DNA of 64,000 nucleotides from Octopus sinensis (lineage: Eukaryota). A program made the position numbers and the translations under genes. Below, one piece after another: positions 39,690 through 51,835 of this stretch (its first letter is position 1; each line of letters opens with the position of its first letter). The notes beneath the pieces are model-generated. The model ran no database searches and had not been told where the DNA came from. It saw only the letters and a list, made by a program, of their open reading frames with translations. Where the stretch lies: NCBI RefSeq assembly GCF_006345805.1, contig NC_043002.1, forward strand, positions 16,554,001-16,618,000, in the 5' to 3' direction.

Positions 39690-40035
39690 CGATCAGACAG
39701 AAAGGATAGCACGCCGAGCGAAATGCTTAGCGGTGTTTCGTCTGCCTTTACGTTCTGAGTTCAAATTCCGCCGAGGTCGACTTTGCTTTTCATCCTTTCG
39801 AGGTCGATTAAATAAGTACCAGTTACGCACTGGGGTCGGTATAATTGACTTAATCCGTTTGTCTGTCCTTGTTGGCCCCCTCTGTATTTAACCTCTTGTG
39901 AGTAGTCAAGAAAGAGGTATTTCGTATATCTTTACGTTCTGAGTTGGCTTTGCCTTTCATGCTTTCTGGGTCAATAAATTAAGTACCAGTTGCGTATTTG
40001 GATCGATCAAATCCACTGCCTCCTCCCCCAAAATT
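39690..40035 (+). mobile_element. SINE family A, full + partial unit
   Basis: Family A body, then an AAGAAAGAGGT|ATTTCG junction and a second partial unit. Confidence 0.82.
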
Positions 40036-41846
40036 TTGTGAATCACAGTATTGTGTGAATCACTAGGAAGTAATTTAACTTTCCACATAGAGAAATTGAG
40101 TTCGTCGCAAATTATCTACTATGAAATATTTTATATTCTATCCACTTTAATTTTGTGGTTCAATCTGCGCTAAAATTTATCAACTTACCGAGAAATTTCA
40201 GAAATGTCACATATGATATTTCTAATGCTCCTCGAAACAGTTGTTTCCACAAAATAATTTTTCAAAATGCATCTAGAATTCAACAAACAGCCTCATTTCT
40301 CAGATATTTTGGATGTGTGCCCTAAACCGACACTGTATCGTTCTGTTCAGAGCAGTGTCATAGCTGCCGACTCATTTACCATTAAAATTCGCTAATTTTA
40401 AGGTAGATAGCTGGTTATGGTGACATTTACTTTTGTGCGTGCGTCTGTTTTTTATTCTTTATGTCCATTTCTTGTTTTCATGACTGCCGATGACACCGAC
40501 TGTACGAAAAACAAAAGAAGTTGAGGATCAAAATTGTAGTCGTCAGTGTCTTAGCTTACTCTCGACACCTACATCGAGACGATACACCATGCAAATGTTG
40601 TTAAATTTCTTATAAAATAAGTAGTGTCCTTCCATTCCTATCTCTCTCCTCCTTTCTTCACCACTCTATCTTAATTTCAATCCTTCTTTCTTCTCTTTCT
40701 TTCTCCTGTCCTCTCTTTCCGTCTCTCCCTCCATCTCCCTCACTGTAACGCTCTGCCGAGTTATCCATACGAATCCTATCTGCTCTTCCATCTTACGTAT
40801 CCATATTTTCCTTAATTATTCCGCTCTACACTCAAATCACTACCCTGTGTTTCCTTTTAATTTTTCTGCTTACTCCAGACTTAAGCCTTGCAATATTTTA
40901 CTTTGCTGTCTTTTTCTCGCGTAAGTTTATGTCTACAAATACGTTATGTTAACCGATATAAAATCTAATGTCCCCTAAAATCCGATCTAGTATATACCTC
41001 TTTCTATTTATTTGTCTGGATCAGTCACTAATTAGTACGTATATCGTCTCCGTCTCATTTCATTCCTCGTCTCTCTTTGCGAAAACCCACTAAATATTTT
41101 GCTTCATTTCTCAATGGTCTCCACAGCGACAGTTGCCTGACAACGAATTGAATAGGTACTAATTAACTAAAATGAAAAAAAAAAGCTTAACCCGTCAGTT
41201 TCAAAACTTCATAATTACACGAATCCTTAACGTGGTAATTGATGACTGATTAATATTGCTTGTTCTCCCTATACCAAAATATGTTGCATGTCATAAGCAG
41301 AGCGATACTTTTGTGCGAAATGAGAAAACTGCTGACAATTCCAGGTACCATTTCTATGTTGTAGATAAGTTGACAGGTATATTTTATGGATATAAGCTGT
41401 TAAAAGCATTTCTTCAGTCGTACACGAATATGCATGCGTACTCGTGCGCGCACACACACTAATACATATATATTTACGTATGCTTCATACACAAGCATAA
41501 ATACAAAGATATACAGACAGACACATATATACGCGTCTGTAACCAGTTCTGTGAACTTTCAGATGCAGAAAAAAACACCCATCCAACCATATTTCACACA
41601 CCGTTAAAATACACCTACACACACGAGTAGTCACTTGCGCAAACACAGAAATAAACACACACACACACACACACACATACACACACACATTCATATACTG
41701 CAAAGGAAGGTAGTTTTTCTGAACTTGTTGCCTTAATAATAAACACATTTATGCGCATTCATGTGCATTATAGATTATTGACATATGTTTGCATATTTAT
41801 TTCTGCTTTCTTAATATTTGTGGTTCACTTTATCAAATAACTCACT

Positions 41847-41915
<69 letters not shown>

Positions 41916-44179
41916 GTATATATACATATGTATGCATGTATATATATATACACGAGTTCATCTATGTTTATGTGTATACGTGAGTGTGACTATAAGCTTA
42001 GCTCTGTGTTTTTCTATATGTGTAATTATAAAATCGCTCCAAGAAATAGACAATGTTTTAGTATTCTCCATTTATTGATCAAAAGCTGGAAACGACACTG
42101 ACGTCTGCTGTTTTGATCCTACATATTTTACGCTTTATACATATTCAGATCCGTTAAATTTTCTTTACATTCAGTCATCTTGCCGCCCTTTTGTTCCTTT
42201 CCAAATTTAAATGTCAAAGGATCTTTCAAGATGTATTTACTTCTCTTTACTTGAAGCAATTCTTATTTTTTATAGACTTTGAAAGAAGACAAGCTTTTGC
42301 AAAAGAATAATTTTTCATTTGATATTCTCCTTCAACTATACAGATAAACATAATTAAAGGAAACTGTAACCAAATGTGTCTTAAGACCCATAGTGTTTGA
42401 TATATCGAAGCATCAATACGTTGATATGAATATTTGACACTCAGGAAGTATTACGGAATTTTAATGACTTGGGATGTAGCAAGTGTCTGTTATTAATGAC
42501 TCTATGTATAAACGAATTAAAGATCAGAACTTGTATATATAATTCTTATTCAACGGGGTTAATATCTGGCAGTCTAACACAATAGTCTGTGGGAAGTTTC
42601 ATGAAATCTGTTTATTGTAAATGTTGAAAGAGTGACATGCTTTCTTTTTATGAGATGACTTTGTATTTTCACATCGGTAATTTAATATACTCGCGTTTGA
42701 AGCTTTCGCTGAGAGTGACACTCATTTCTCACAACATCCGTAAGAAACACTCAGATTATTTTCAAGTAGAAATACAGTTTCGTTTATGACTGAAAGTAAA
42801 ACCTGTTCAAAAGGTTCATTTGAAGAGCATTCAGAATTCGGTTTCATGACAGCATGAAAGAAGTGAAAAGATAAAAGTACATTTAATTCATGAAAGCCAT
42901 TCACAACCAAAGCATGAGGATTTCTGAAAGCGTTGATTTCAGAACAGATTTGTGCTGCATTGGAAGTCAGTGAAATCATGATTCGCTTTTAACATACTTC
43001 AAACCAGAATATTATTAAAACTGGGTTTCAGTTGAGAAACTGCCAGGATCCATATATAGGTCGATTCCAAGTATAGAAACATGAGAATATTTAATAACGA
43101 CCGAGAAAGCAAAAGTTAAGTATTTATGGTTTGGAATAAAATTCTTACAGTTAAAAAAAGTATGAATTTTGTATATTTATTAACGTATATTTATTTCGTA
43201 TATTTTACGAGAAATATGGCGCCAATCAAAAGAAAATGTCAATAGTTTGGCAATGGCACTGCATCTCAATGGAATATACTAAGCGTATTACATTACGATA
43301 TGAACACTCATCTACATGTGAATGTATGACTATGTGCGTGTATGCACTCATGTGCACATTTATATGAGTATATGTATAACAGATTGAGTTAAAACGTATA
43401 TGTATGTCTGCAGACGCTAGGTTTATTTTGTGTAGCTCAGTGTAACCAGGTATCAATCGGAACTGTTAGAATCTGACATCTAGATGCTATAAAATATTTA
43501 CCCTTCTAAGTGGAGAATTTTTCTTGTCGCATCATTCTATATAGTTGTAAAACAAGTTACTGAAAAAGTAGCCAAGAAAACATGTTAACAGCAGATGACT
43601 CCTTGAAATGCTTACATATTAACTAAAACAAAATTATCAGTAACGATGAGCCCAAAAGAAGAGCAGATGAAGCCCAATTCCCCATAACCATCTGCAAATG
43701 CCGAGGGAAGTGGTTAGTACATGTTTTAAGAATCTCGACAAAAGGTGTCATTAAGTTGAAGGGAACGTATAAAGGTGAACCATCACAAGACGATTGACAG
43801 GGACCTTCTGTTGGTAACTTATCGTGGAACTGTGTACTGAGCATCGTAACTGCCGATACTACAGACGTACTTTGACAATCACAGGAACATCTACACTTAA
43901 GTAAGAAGTTTATATCAATAGTCTTAGTACATTGAAATTTATGATTCTGGGTAGTTTTCTTCAACGTTTCTCTGTTCCATGTTAAATATACATCGGGAAT
44001 TGAATATTCATCTTCAACTGTTTTGTCAAACAATAAACTTGGTAGACTTCAGCATTGGGGTTCATGGAATCTTTAAATCCTAAATCTTAGAATTGTGGAA
44101 GAATATGATTTATGCAAATGGTAATATACCTGAAATGATATACTGGTGAAAATTTCCCAGAATTGTTTCTTGTATATAT

Positions 44180-44403
44180 ATTTCTTTATCACCCACAAGT
44201 GGCTAAACATAGAGGGGACAAACAAGGACAGACAAACGAATTTAGTGGATTACATCGACCCCAGTGCGTAACTGGTACTTAATTTATCTACCCCAAAGGA
44301 TGAAAGTCGACCTCGGCGGAATTTGAACTCAGAACGTAACGGCAGACGAAATACGGCTACGCATTTCGCCCATCGTGCTAACGGTTCTGCCAGCTCGCCA
44401 CCT
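44180..44403 (-). mobile_element. SINE family A with probable TSD (TTCTTGTATATAT)
   Basis: Reverse complement of the family A body; the 13-mer occurs on both flanks. Confidence 0.88.
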
Positions 44404-45228
44404 TTGGTTCTTGTATATATTTTGACACTAAAGCGGCCCATGCCATACTTGACGTATTAAGGTTGAAGAGTGTCTTCTATTAATGTGACACTACACAAGA
44501 TGATATAAACGATATTTATATACATGGTTTATATGAAGAGAAAAAATAATGGGCACATCCACGAATTTCTAATTCATTAAACGTCATAACATTTGAAATG
44601 CACTGAATATAGAGATCTGCGAACCACAACAAAAATTAATTATCCCAATGAGACATCTCAGAGAACTGATGATGCACTCACACTCCTTCAACGCGAATTA
44701 AAGTTTTTTGTTCCTCGATAAATAACACTAACATTGTCTATTCTATAGTTAAAAAACTGTAACGCAGTCACACTCCAGTATTCCTACGATGGGCGGTCAC
44801 CAGCCTGTAAGAAAAACTCTTGCTTCTATTTTTATTTCGAAGTCTCCATCTTCCAAAACGTCTTTTGCTTTTGCAAAAAAAAGTAGTCTCTCATGCGAGG
44901 GAGGTTTAAGTAAAAGATTGTGTAAATCCATAGAAATATTGTTGCTGCCTAGTTCTGTTAGATTTTAAAGGCACATCAGTTTGTCTGTTCAATTTTAGGA
45001 TTCAAAATGTATTATAGTTTTTACTGATCTAATGGGATGAAAACCACCACTTTTCTCATTTGTTATCTCAGACTGTTTTCCTTACGTTTGTAATACAGAT
45101 ATTAGTTTTGGACTGATACAATCTGATTTCTGCTGATAGCTGCTACACTTGGAATCACATCCTGACCTCCTTTAAAACAACAACAAAAAAAAAAACTTCG
45201 ACAGATATTTGTCCTCCTGTTTGTTGTT

Positions 45229-45274
45229 AACACAACGTTTCGGCTGATACACATTCCAGCCATCTTCAGGTGTC
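45229..45274 (-). ncRNA. minimal type I hammerhead ribozyme (predicted)
   Basis: GACAC CUGAAGA U GGCUG-loop-CAGCC GAAAC GUU GUGUU: helix I GACAC/GUGUU, core CUGANGA and GAAA, 5-bp helix II, palindromic ACGU helix III, GUU cleavage triplet. Confidence 0.75.
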
Positions 45275-45323
45275 TTGGGGGAAATTTCGAACCTGGGTTC
45301 TCAATCCTAAGGTATTTTCGATG

Positions 45324-45371
<48 letters not shown>

Positions 45372-45389
45372 GTGTTCAGGTCACTGCTT

Positions 45390-45444
45390 GGAATCGAACT
45401 TGGAATCTTGGGGTTAGTAGCCTGCGCTCTTAACCATTACGCCA
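45390..45444 (-). promoter_or_regulatory. RNA polymerase III type 2 internal promoter (A box + B box)
   Basis: A box TGGCGTAATGG (45434-45444) matches TRGCNNARYGG; B box GTTCGATTCC (45390-45399); 34-nt spacing. Confidence 0.75.
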
Positions 45445-45499
45445 TATGCCCACGGGTTCAATTCCAAGCAGTGACCTCAACACTAACAACAACAACAGA

Positions 45500-45554
<55 letters not shown>

Positions 45555-45601
45555 TCGAAAAATGCCTTAAGAATGAGAACCCAGGTTCGAAATTTCCCCA
45601 A

Positions 45602-45647
45602 GACACCTGAAGAAGGCTGGAGGGTATATCAGCCGAAACGTTATGTT
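45602..45647 (+). ncRNA. minimal type I hammerhead ribozyme (predicted; helix I mismatch)
   Basis: GACAC CUGAAGA A GGCUG-loop-CAGCC GAAAC GUU AUGUU. Same fold as the 45229 copy, with a C-A mismatch next to the core. Confidence 0.65.
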
Positions 45648-46061
45648 AGCAACAAACAAGATATGGACAAATATCCGCCGAATGTAAATAATGTAAATAA
45701 TGTACATAATTCCTCATTTCTTAAGTATAGAGCTCGAATAAAAATCTTAATACAGCTTCAAGTTTATCTTAAAAAGAAGATGATCTCATGAACAACATGA
45801 ATGTATTATTTCCTAACCATAAAAATAATTGTTATTTTGCAAGATAAGAATTAGAATTTGAAAAATTAAGAATTATATAACAAAAATCAAGATGAGCATG
45901 CATATATCCGTTAACTTTTACGGCACTATATTTCTTAAAAGCAAAATAAGACAACATTCAAAATGTCAGACTACGTTAAAAGTTTATTTGTCCATTTACT
46001 AAAATAATATTCTAGGCACAAAACGAAGAGAATAACATAACATCACTACTGTTGAATTTTA

Positions 46062-46472
46062 CAGGAGTGGCTGTGTGGTAGGTAGCTTGTTTACCAACTA
46101 CATGGTTCCGGGTTCAGTCCCACTGAGTGGCACCTTGGGCAAGTGTCTTCTACTATAGCCTCGGGACGACCAAAGCCTTGTGAGTGGATTTGGTAGACGG
46201 AAACTGAAAGAAACCCGTCGTATATATGTATATATATGTGTGTGTGCATATATGTTTGTGTGTCTGTGTTTGTCCCCCTAGCATTGCTTGACAACCGATG
46301 CTGGTGTGTTTACGTTCCTATAACTTGGCGGCTCGCCAAAAGTGACCGATGAAATAAGTACTGGGCTTACAAGGAATAAGTCTTGGAGTCGATTTGCTCG
46401 ACTAAAAGGCCGTGCTCCGGCATGGCCGCAGTCAAATGACTGAAACAAGTAAAATAGTAAAAGAGTAAGAGT
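46062..46472 (+). mobile_element. SINE family B, complete copy
   Basis: CAGGAGTGGCTGTGTGGTAG...CCGGGTTCAGTCCC...ACCTTGGGCAAGTGTCTT...CATGGCCGCAGTCAAATGACTGAAACAAGTAAAA. Confidence 0.88.
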
Positions 46473-47235
46473 AAACAAATTTAATAAATAACTATATCTA
46501 AAATAGCACATCTACTTGTTAACATGATAGAACTTCTTACACTTGGTATTCCAGTGAAGATATTCTGAGTGTATGAGGTTATAAACTATAAGTGTTTCTA
46601 CGTTACAATCTCGAAAACTGACACATGCAAAAGGATGTCAGAAAATGATCTTCATACACGTGACTGAAAGACACTTAAATGTTTACATATGTGTGTGTTT
46701 GCGTGTGTTTGTTTTTGTGTGTGTGCGTGCGTGTGTGTGTGTACGCATGTTTGCGAGTATGTGTGTTGCTGTTAGAAATGTTCATACCATGATCATCGTT
46801 GGCTAGGAACAACGGATTTGCTTTCAGTATGCTCATTTGTAGCACTTTTCGAAAGAGATAATTAAGAACACTTGATGAAATCCCAACGGAAATTTACAAT
46901 GTCAATAATTGTCTTAAGTGCCATCATTGTCGAACACCGTCTAGCGCAGCCTTCTTCCACAAGTTCGTATGTCATTATTGAGATGGAATATAGTTAATTT
47001 TATATCGTATATTTCCCCGTGTAAATCTGCGGTGTTGAAAAAACGCATCAAGCTTGCTATTCATCAGTAGTACATATATCCGAAAGACTCTAAAGCATTA
47101 GAGTGGTAGTATATTTTTTCGCAATTTAAAGGTCATAAAGTGACCAATGTTTTCGCACTTATATAGCGTTCAGCAGTATAGATGATTTGTCCGACACTGA
47201 GAGGACTGAAGGCGCATAATGCCTCTACAACTTAA

Positions 47236-47237
47236 TG

Positions 47238-47330
<93 letters not shown>

Positions 47331-47348
47331 TTATATTACATATGTGCG

Positions 47349-47379
<31 letters not shown>

Positions 47380-47419
47380 ACACATGCATATATGCATACA
47401 TACATACTTACATACATAT

Positions 47420-47460
<41 letters not shown>
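47236..47460. repeat. (TA)n-rich tract at the 5' junction of the 47.5 kb LINE
   Basis: Direct reading. Confidence 0.95.
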
Positions 47461-47462
<2 letters not shown>

Positions 47463-47480
47463 TTTATCTATAAATTTCAG

Positions 47481-48522
47481 CTCTTTATAATTTGTATAAA
47501 CAACATTTCCAGTGTCGTACATTACTGCAAAGTGAAAATATTTGCTGATGACACTAAGCTCCAGCAAATCATCAATGAAGAAGCAGAACGAACTCAACTC
47601 CAGTCTGATCTATATGCTGTGAGTCAATGGGCTGACAGAATGAAAATGCAACTGAACGAGGGAAAATTTGAGCTGATGCATTTTGACAGAAAGTCCACAC
47701 TAAAACAGCCATACTCTCTTCCTTCAGGGGAACCGCTCACAGCGGCTAACAATATCAAAGACCTGGGCGTAAATGTTGATGACAATCGCGGAGTGCCCAC
47801 ATCAACAATAAGGTCGATATAGCTTGTAGGATGATTTCCCGGATCTTAAGAACCTTCCATTCCAGAGAACAAGGTCTCATCATACCACTTTTCTCCTCGT
47901 TTGTACGGTCACACCTCGAATACTGCTGCCAACTGTGGTCTCCCCATACAAAAGAAAACATCTCGAGGATTGAATCACCCCAGAGGGTACTCACTAAACG
48001 AATTGAAGGCATGGCTGCGCTCGATTATTGGGACCGCCTTAAAACCTTGAAACTCTACTCTCTCCAGCGCCGCCGTGAGCGGTACGTCATTTATATGATG
48101 TGGAGAATATGCCGCCAACTTTGCCCAAACGACCTGAACATTAGCTTCAAGGTTCATCCAACACTGGGACCACGAGCCATACGTCCTCTGCCCAATTCAT
48201 GATCACAGCATATATGTACACTGCAACATAATTTCTTTTCTTCAACAGGCCCTTCCCTATTTAACATTGTCCTGAAAGAGATCAAAGAGGAAAATAATCC
48301 CTTCAACTTTAAACGGAGTCTGGATAGATTCCTTCAAGGAATACCAGATAAGCCAATCATAATTGGATAAAACTCACCCAACAAAAACTCACGACTTGAA
48401 TGGACCATAAACAAAACTTGACTTAAACAGGATTTAGATAATCATATCAGGTGGTGCTATTAAGTTAGACATGGCCTGGACCAATCTTTGGTCGAAACAT
48501 ATCTAAGCTTATCTAAGTTTAT
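47481..48522 (+). mobile_element. 5'-truncated, frameshifted CR1/L2-group LINE (RT C-terminal half to 3' end)
   Basis: Reads [27 protein letters not shown], then VRSHLEYCCQLWSP, RIESPQR, YSLQRRRERY and LFNI...LDRFLQGIPDKP...NS, colinear with the C-terminus of the 17.7 kb ORF2. Ends in a CATGGCC-hairpin-GAAAC motif and an ATCTAAGYTT x2 tail. Confidence 0.92.
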
Positions 48523-48525
48523 GTG

Positions 48526-48616
<91 letters not shown>

Positions 48617-50029
48617 GTATGTATGAATATACAACTCCATGGAACATGGAATGTAAGCTATGTGTGTAAATTTATATTTAATGTATATTTTATACCATTT
48701 TAAGCTATAAATAATATATGTTTGAAGCAAATGTCCAATTCAACTATATATATTTATTCGTATAATGTCATATAAAAGAACATACAAGCGTCTATTCAAG
48801 TTGTTTTTCTATAAAAATGTATATCAGAAAAAATGTAAATAAATTGTAACAATAGAAAGGTACACGTCAGTTTTGTAAGAGTTAAATTACAGCCAATGCC
48901 ATCCATGTTTAAAAAATGGATAAAGAGGGGGAAAGTGGAAGAAGAGATATGCAGGAAGTGGATGAGGGAGGGAGAGAGACAAAAGTAGAAACAGAGAGAT
49001 AGATAGATAAATAGCTAGATAGATTGTTAGATTGATAGATAGAAGGAAATATTGATATAGATAAATATAAGGAGGGAGACACGTTCTAATAGAAGGTGAA
49101 GCAGTGAAATAAAATGGCGTATTTGGAGAGAGAATAGAAGCTGACAGATATTGAAATTACATTAAGCAGAACAAGTTAAAAAATCAATATAACTAAAGAC
49201 TTTCAAAAATAATTCTAATCTTCGTAGAAACTTTCTGGAAAACTGCCAATCATATAACTTTGAATGAAAAGTAGGAAGGTAAAACAAACACCAAACACTG
49301 ACGATCAAAATCAAATACTGAAACGAAAACATGAATTAGAATAGAAAGAAGAAACGTAATAATAAAAAATATAACTTCAAACAATATGCAATGAAATAAT
49401 CCACATTTTCGATTATGGAAGATTAGAGAATCAAGGATCCATAAGCTTGTTTTATTTGTAATATTTACGTTGTTGTTCATTTTTTAATTCGAGAGGCAAA
49501 TGTAACGTTCCTATTCTTGAGTCTTAATAATTATGAAGCGACACTATTACGAAAGGAAAAAAAAAACCTAGTGTATATATATATATATATACATATATAA
49601 ATTAATAGAAACGTTTTTGTTCCTGAATCTCTCAGGGAGAGATATGCAGTATCAGCACTTTAACGTAACGATTTGGGGGTCAACCTAATGTGGCAGCCCC
49701 ATTTATGTGTAAATGCTATTGTTGTTTAACCACAAAGTCATCGTCACCAGCTGGCTATATGATACATGATCTGTTCCCTTAAGTTTTCGAACAGGGAAGG
49801 TTAGCTCCCACCACCCAGCACAACGCAGTATCAGTGGACCGCACCGATTCAAAGTCATTTCCATTCGTCGGTACAGTTTAACTCATAGGCGGATATGGCG
49901 TAGCTAAACAACCGGTCGATAATATATGTAATCTTCCAAGTGAGTCAATAAAATATAATATGTTGCGGACAAAAATCGTGAGATGTATCTCATAATGATA
50001 TTTCATACACTTCATCAGAGAAGGTACAT

Positions 50030-51835
50030 AATAATAATAATAATAATGAAATTATTGTATACAGTGCTCAGGTGCACCACAACTTGTCGGAAAGTGCGTA
50101 TAAAATGTATGCAGTAATGTACAAATGTCTGGAAAGCGAGCAGTGTATGAGTCAGTTACATGCTTGTGTGTGAATGGAGGGAGGAATATCGGGTGTAGTG
50201 TGTGCGAATCTCAGGAAGCATGGAAGTTTTGAAGGATGCAGTGCTCCGACAACTAACAACTGATGCTGGCAATCTGTTCCATGCTTCAGCAACTCTTAGC
50301 GTGAAAAAAAGTTTCCGAAATTCATGGGAGCTGTGCTGTTTTCTGACTTTGTAAATATGTCCACGGATGTTAGACAGGTGGAGTTTCAAAAGGTGCTCAG
50401 AGTTATTGTTTGTAAGATGGTTAATAATTTTATGGGAGTCTGCCAAGTCAGCTGCCAGACGTCGGAGTTTGAATGTGCCCATGCCCAGGGAAGTAAGGCG
50501 TTCAGAATATGGCAAATGCCTGATGGAGGGTATTCTCTTGGTTTCACGTAACTGAACGGCTTCCAGACGATTAATATCCTGAGCAAGATAGGGGTTCAAG
50601 ACCGGTGATGCAAATTCCAGGTGAGATCGTACCATAGCTATAAAAAGCCGCAGATAGATAGCCGGAGAGCGGCTTACAAAGGACTTGGTGAGTGATGCCT
50701 TCTTGGCAATTTTAGCGATGTGTTTTGTCCAACGCAAATCACTGTCGACAATAACACCCAAGTCACGTTCACACGAAAACTGCTTGAGATTAATGTTGTG
50801 GAGGGAGTAAGTAGACACTGGGTTTTTCCACCCAAAATATTTGGTGGTACATTTGTCCACAGCCAGCTTGAGTTGCCACTCCATGATCCACTGCTGCATT
50901 GTGTCCAGGTCTGATTGCAATAGATATCTATAGTGTACAGGATCTGACCTCTTCTTTTCGAGGTACAGCTTGATGTCATCTGCATATTTCAGCACTGTGG
51001 CATTCTTTAAGTTGGCATCTATGCCATTAACATAGGCAACAAATAAAAGGGGGCCAAGAACAGATCTCTGTGGTACACCGGATGTTATCTCATAGGGTGA
51101 AGAGTGCTGTCCTTGAACAGTGACAACCTCTTTTCGGCCGAAAAGAAAGGACTTCAACCAGTTATAGAGATCGTCTTTTACGCCCAACGCAGAGAGTGCC
51201 ACCATAAATATTTTGCGTGGAACAGAGTTAAAAGCCTTAGCAGAGTTCAGGTAAACAACATCCACCCAGGATCCGCGATCAGTGATTTGAGTAATGTCCT
51301 CAAGAAAATCGATGAGTTGATTACAGCAGCTGGAGTTAGGAATAAATCCGAATTGTGACGGCTTCATGAGGCTGTGAGACTTCCAGAAGTTCCAGAGGGT
51401 TTCCCTGACACATGTTTCCATCAGTTTGGCGATGCAGATAGTAAGACTAGTTGACAGGTGATGTGCGGTCACCTTTTTTGAACTGAGGGATAACACTGGC
51501 AGTTTTCCACTGCTCTGGAGTAACACCATTGTCAAGACAGAATTGGAAGAATAGTGAGATTTGGCTTAGAAGAAAGTACTCACCGCGTTTGAGAAGTAGG
51601 TATGTATCACCATCGAGACCAGGAGAAGCATAGTTGCGTTTATTCTTAAGGTGGCGTTGTAACATTGCTGGTGTAAATTTCATAGTAGATATAGAGTCCG
51701 GTGTCAGAGGTGATGAAGATGGAACATTTTGGTCTTCGACAGTAAAGATGTCGGCATAGCATCCAGCAATGATTTCTGCACATTCTTTGCATATGTTTGC
51801 CGCAGATAATGTAGTATGTCCTGTATGCAATAAGG
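50030..51835 (-). mobile_element. 5'-truncated CR1-group LINE relic (RT domain), (ATT)n tail
   Basis: 51447-51830 reads ASPGLDG...WKTASVIPQFKKGDRTSPVN; after a frameshift 50156-51535 reads QFGF, VYLNSAKAFNSV (catalytic D to N), SGVPQRSVLGPLLF, YADD, VRSHLEFAS. The tail is at about 50030-50047. Confidence 0.93.

Larger units (their letters stand above)
45197..45730. mobile_element. non-autonomous tRNA-headed, hammerhead-bearing (Penelope-associated) element in head-to-head inverted arrangement
   Basis: Arms about 45197-45399 and 45454-45682 are reverse complements. The - strand copy has a tRNA-like head (A box, B box), then (AAT)n, then a hammerhead. The + strand copy starts at the B box. Confidence 0.75.

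Noticed and set aside
42747-42992. Plus-strand frame interrupted only by TGA (possible TGA=Trp NUMT or selenoprotein)
   Set aside because: No similarity to mitochondrial proteins that I recognise; explained by repeated CATGA words, and such runs are expected by chance in a 64 kb window.
45380-45452. Functional tRNA gene
   Set aside because: A and B boxes are present but the acceptor and anticodon stems do not pair properly; treated as a tRNA-derived head. The same applies to the SINE heads elsewhere.
48465-48507. Hammerhead topology at the 3' end of the 47.5 kb LINE (TTAGA/TCTAA, hairpin, GAAAC)
   Set aside because: The junction is CAUGGCCUG rather than CUGANGA; better explained as the shared LINE/SINE 3' recognition motif.
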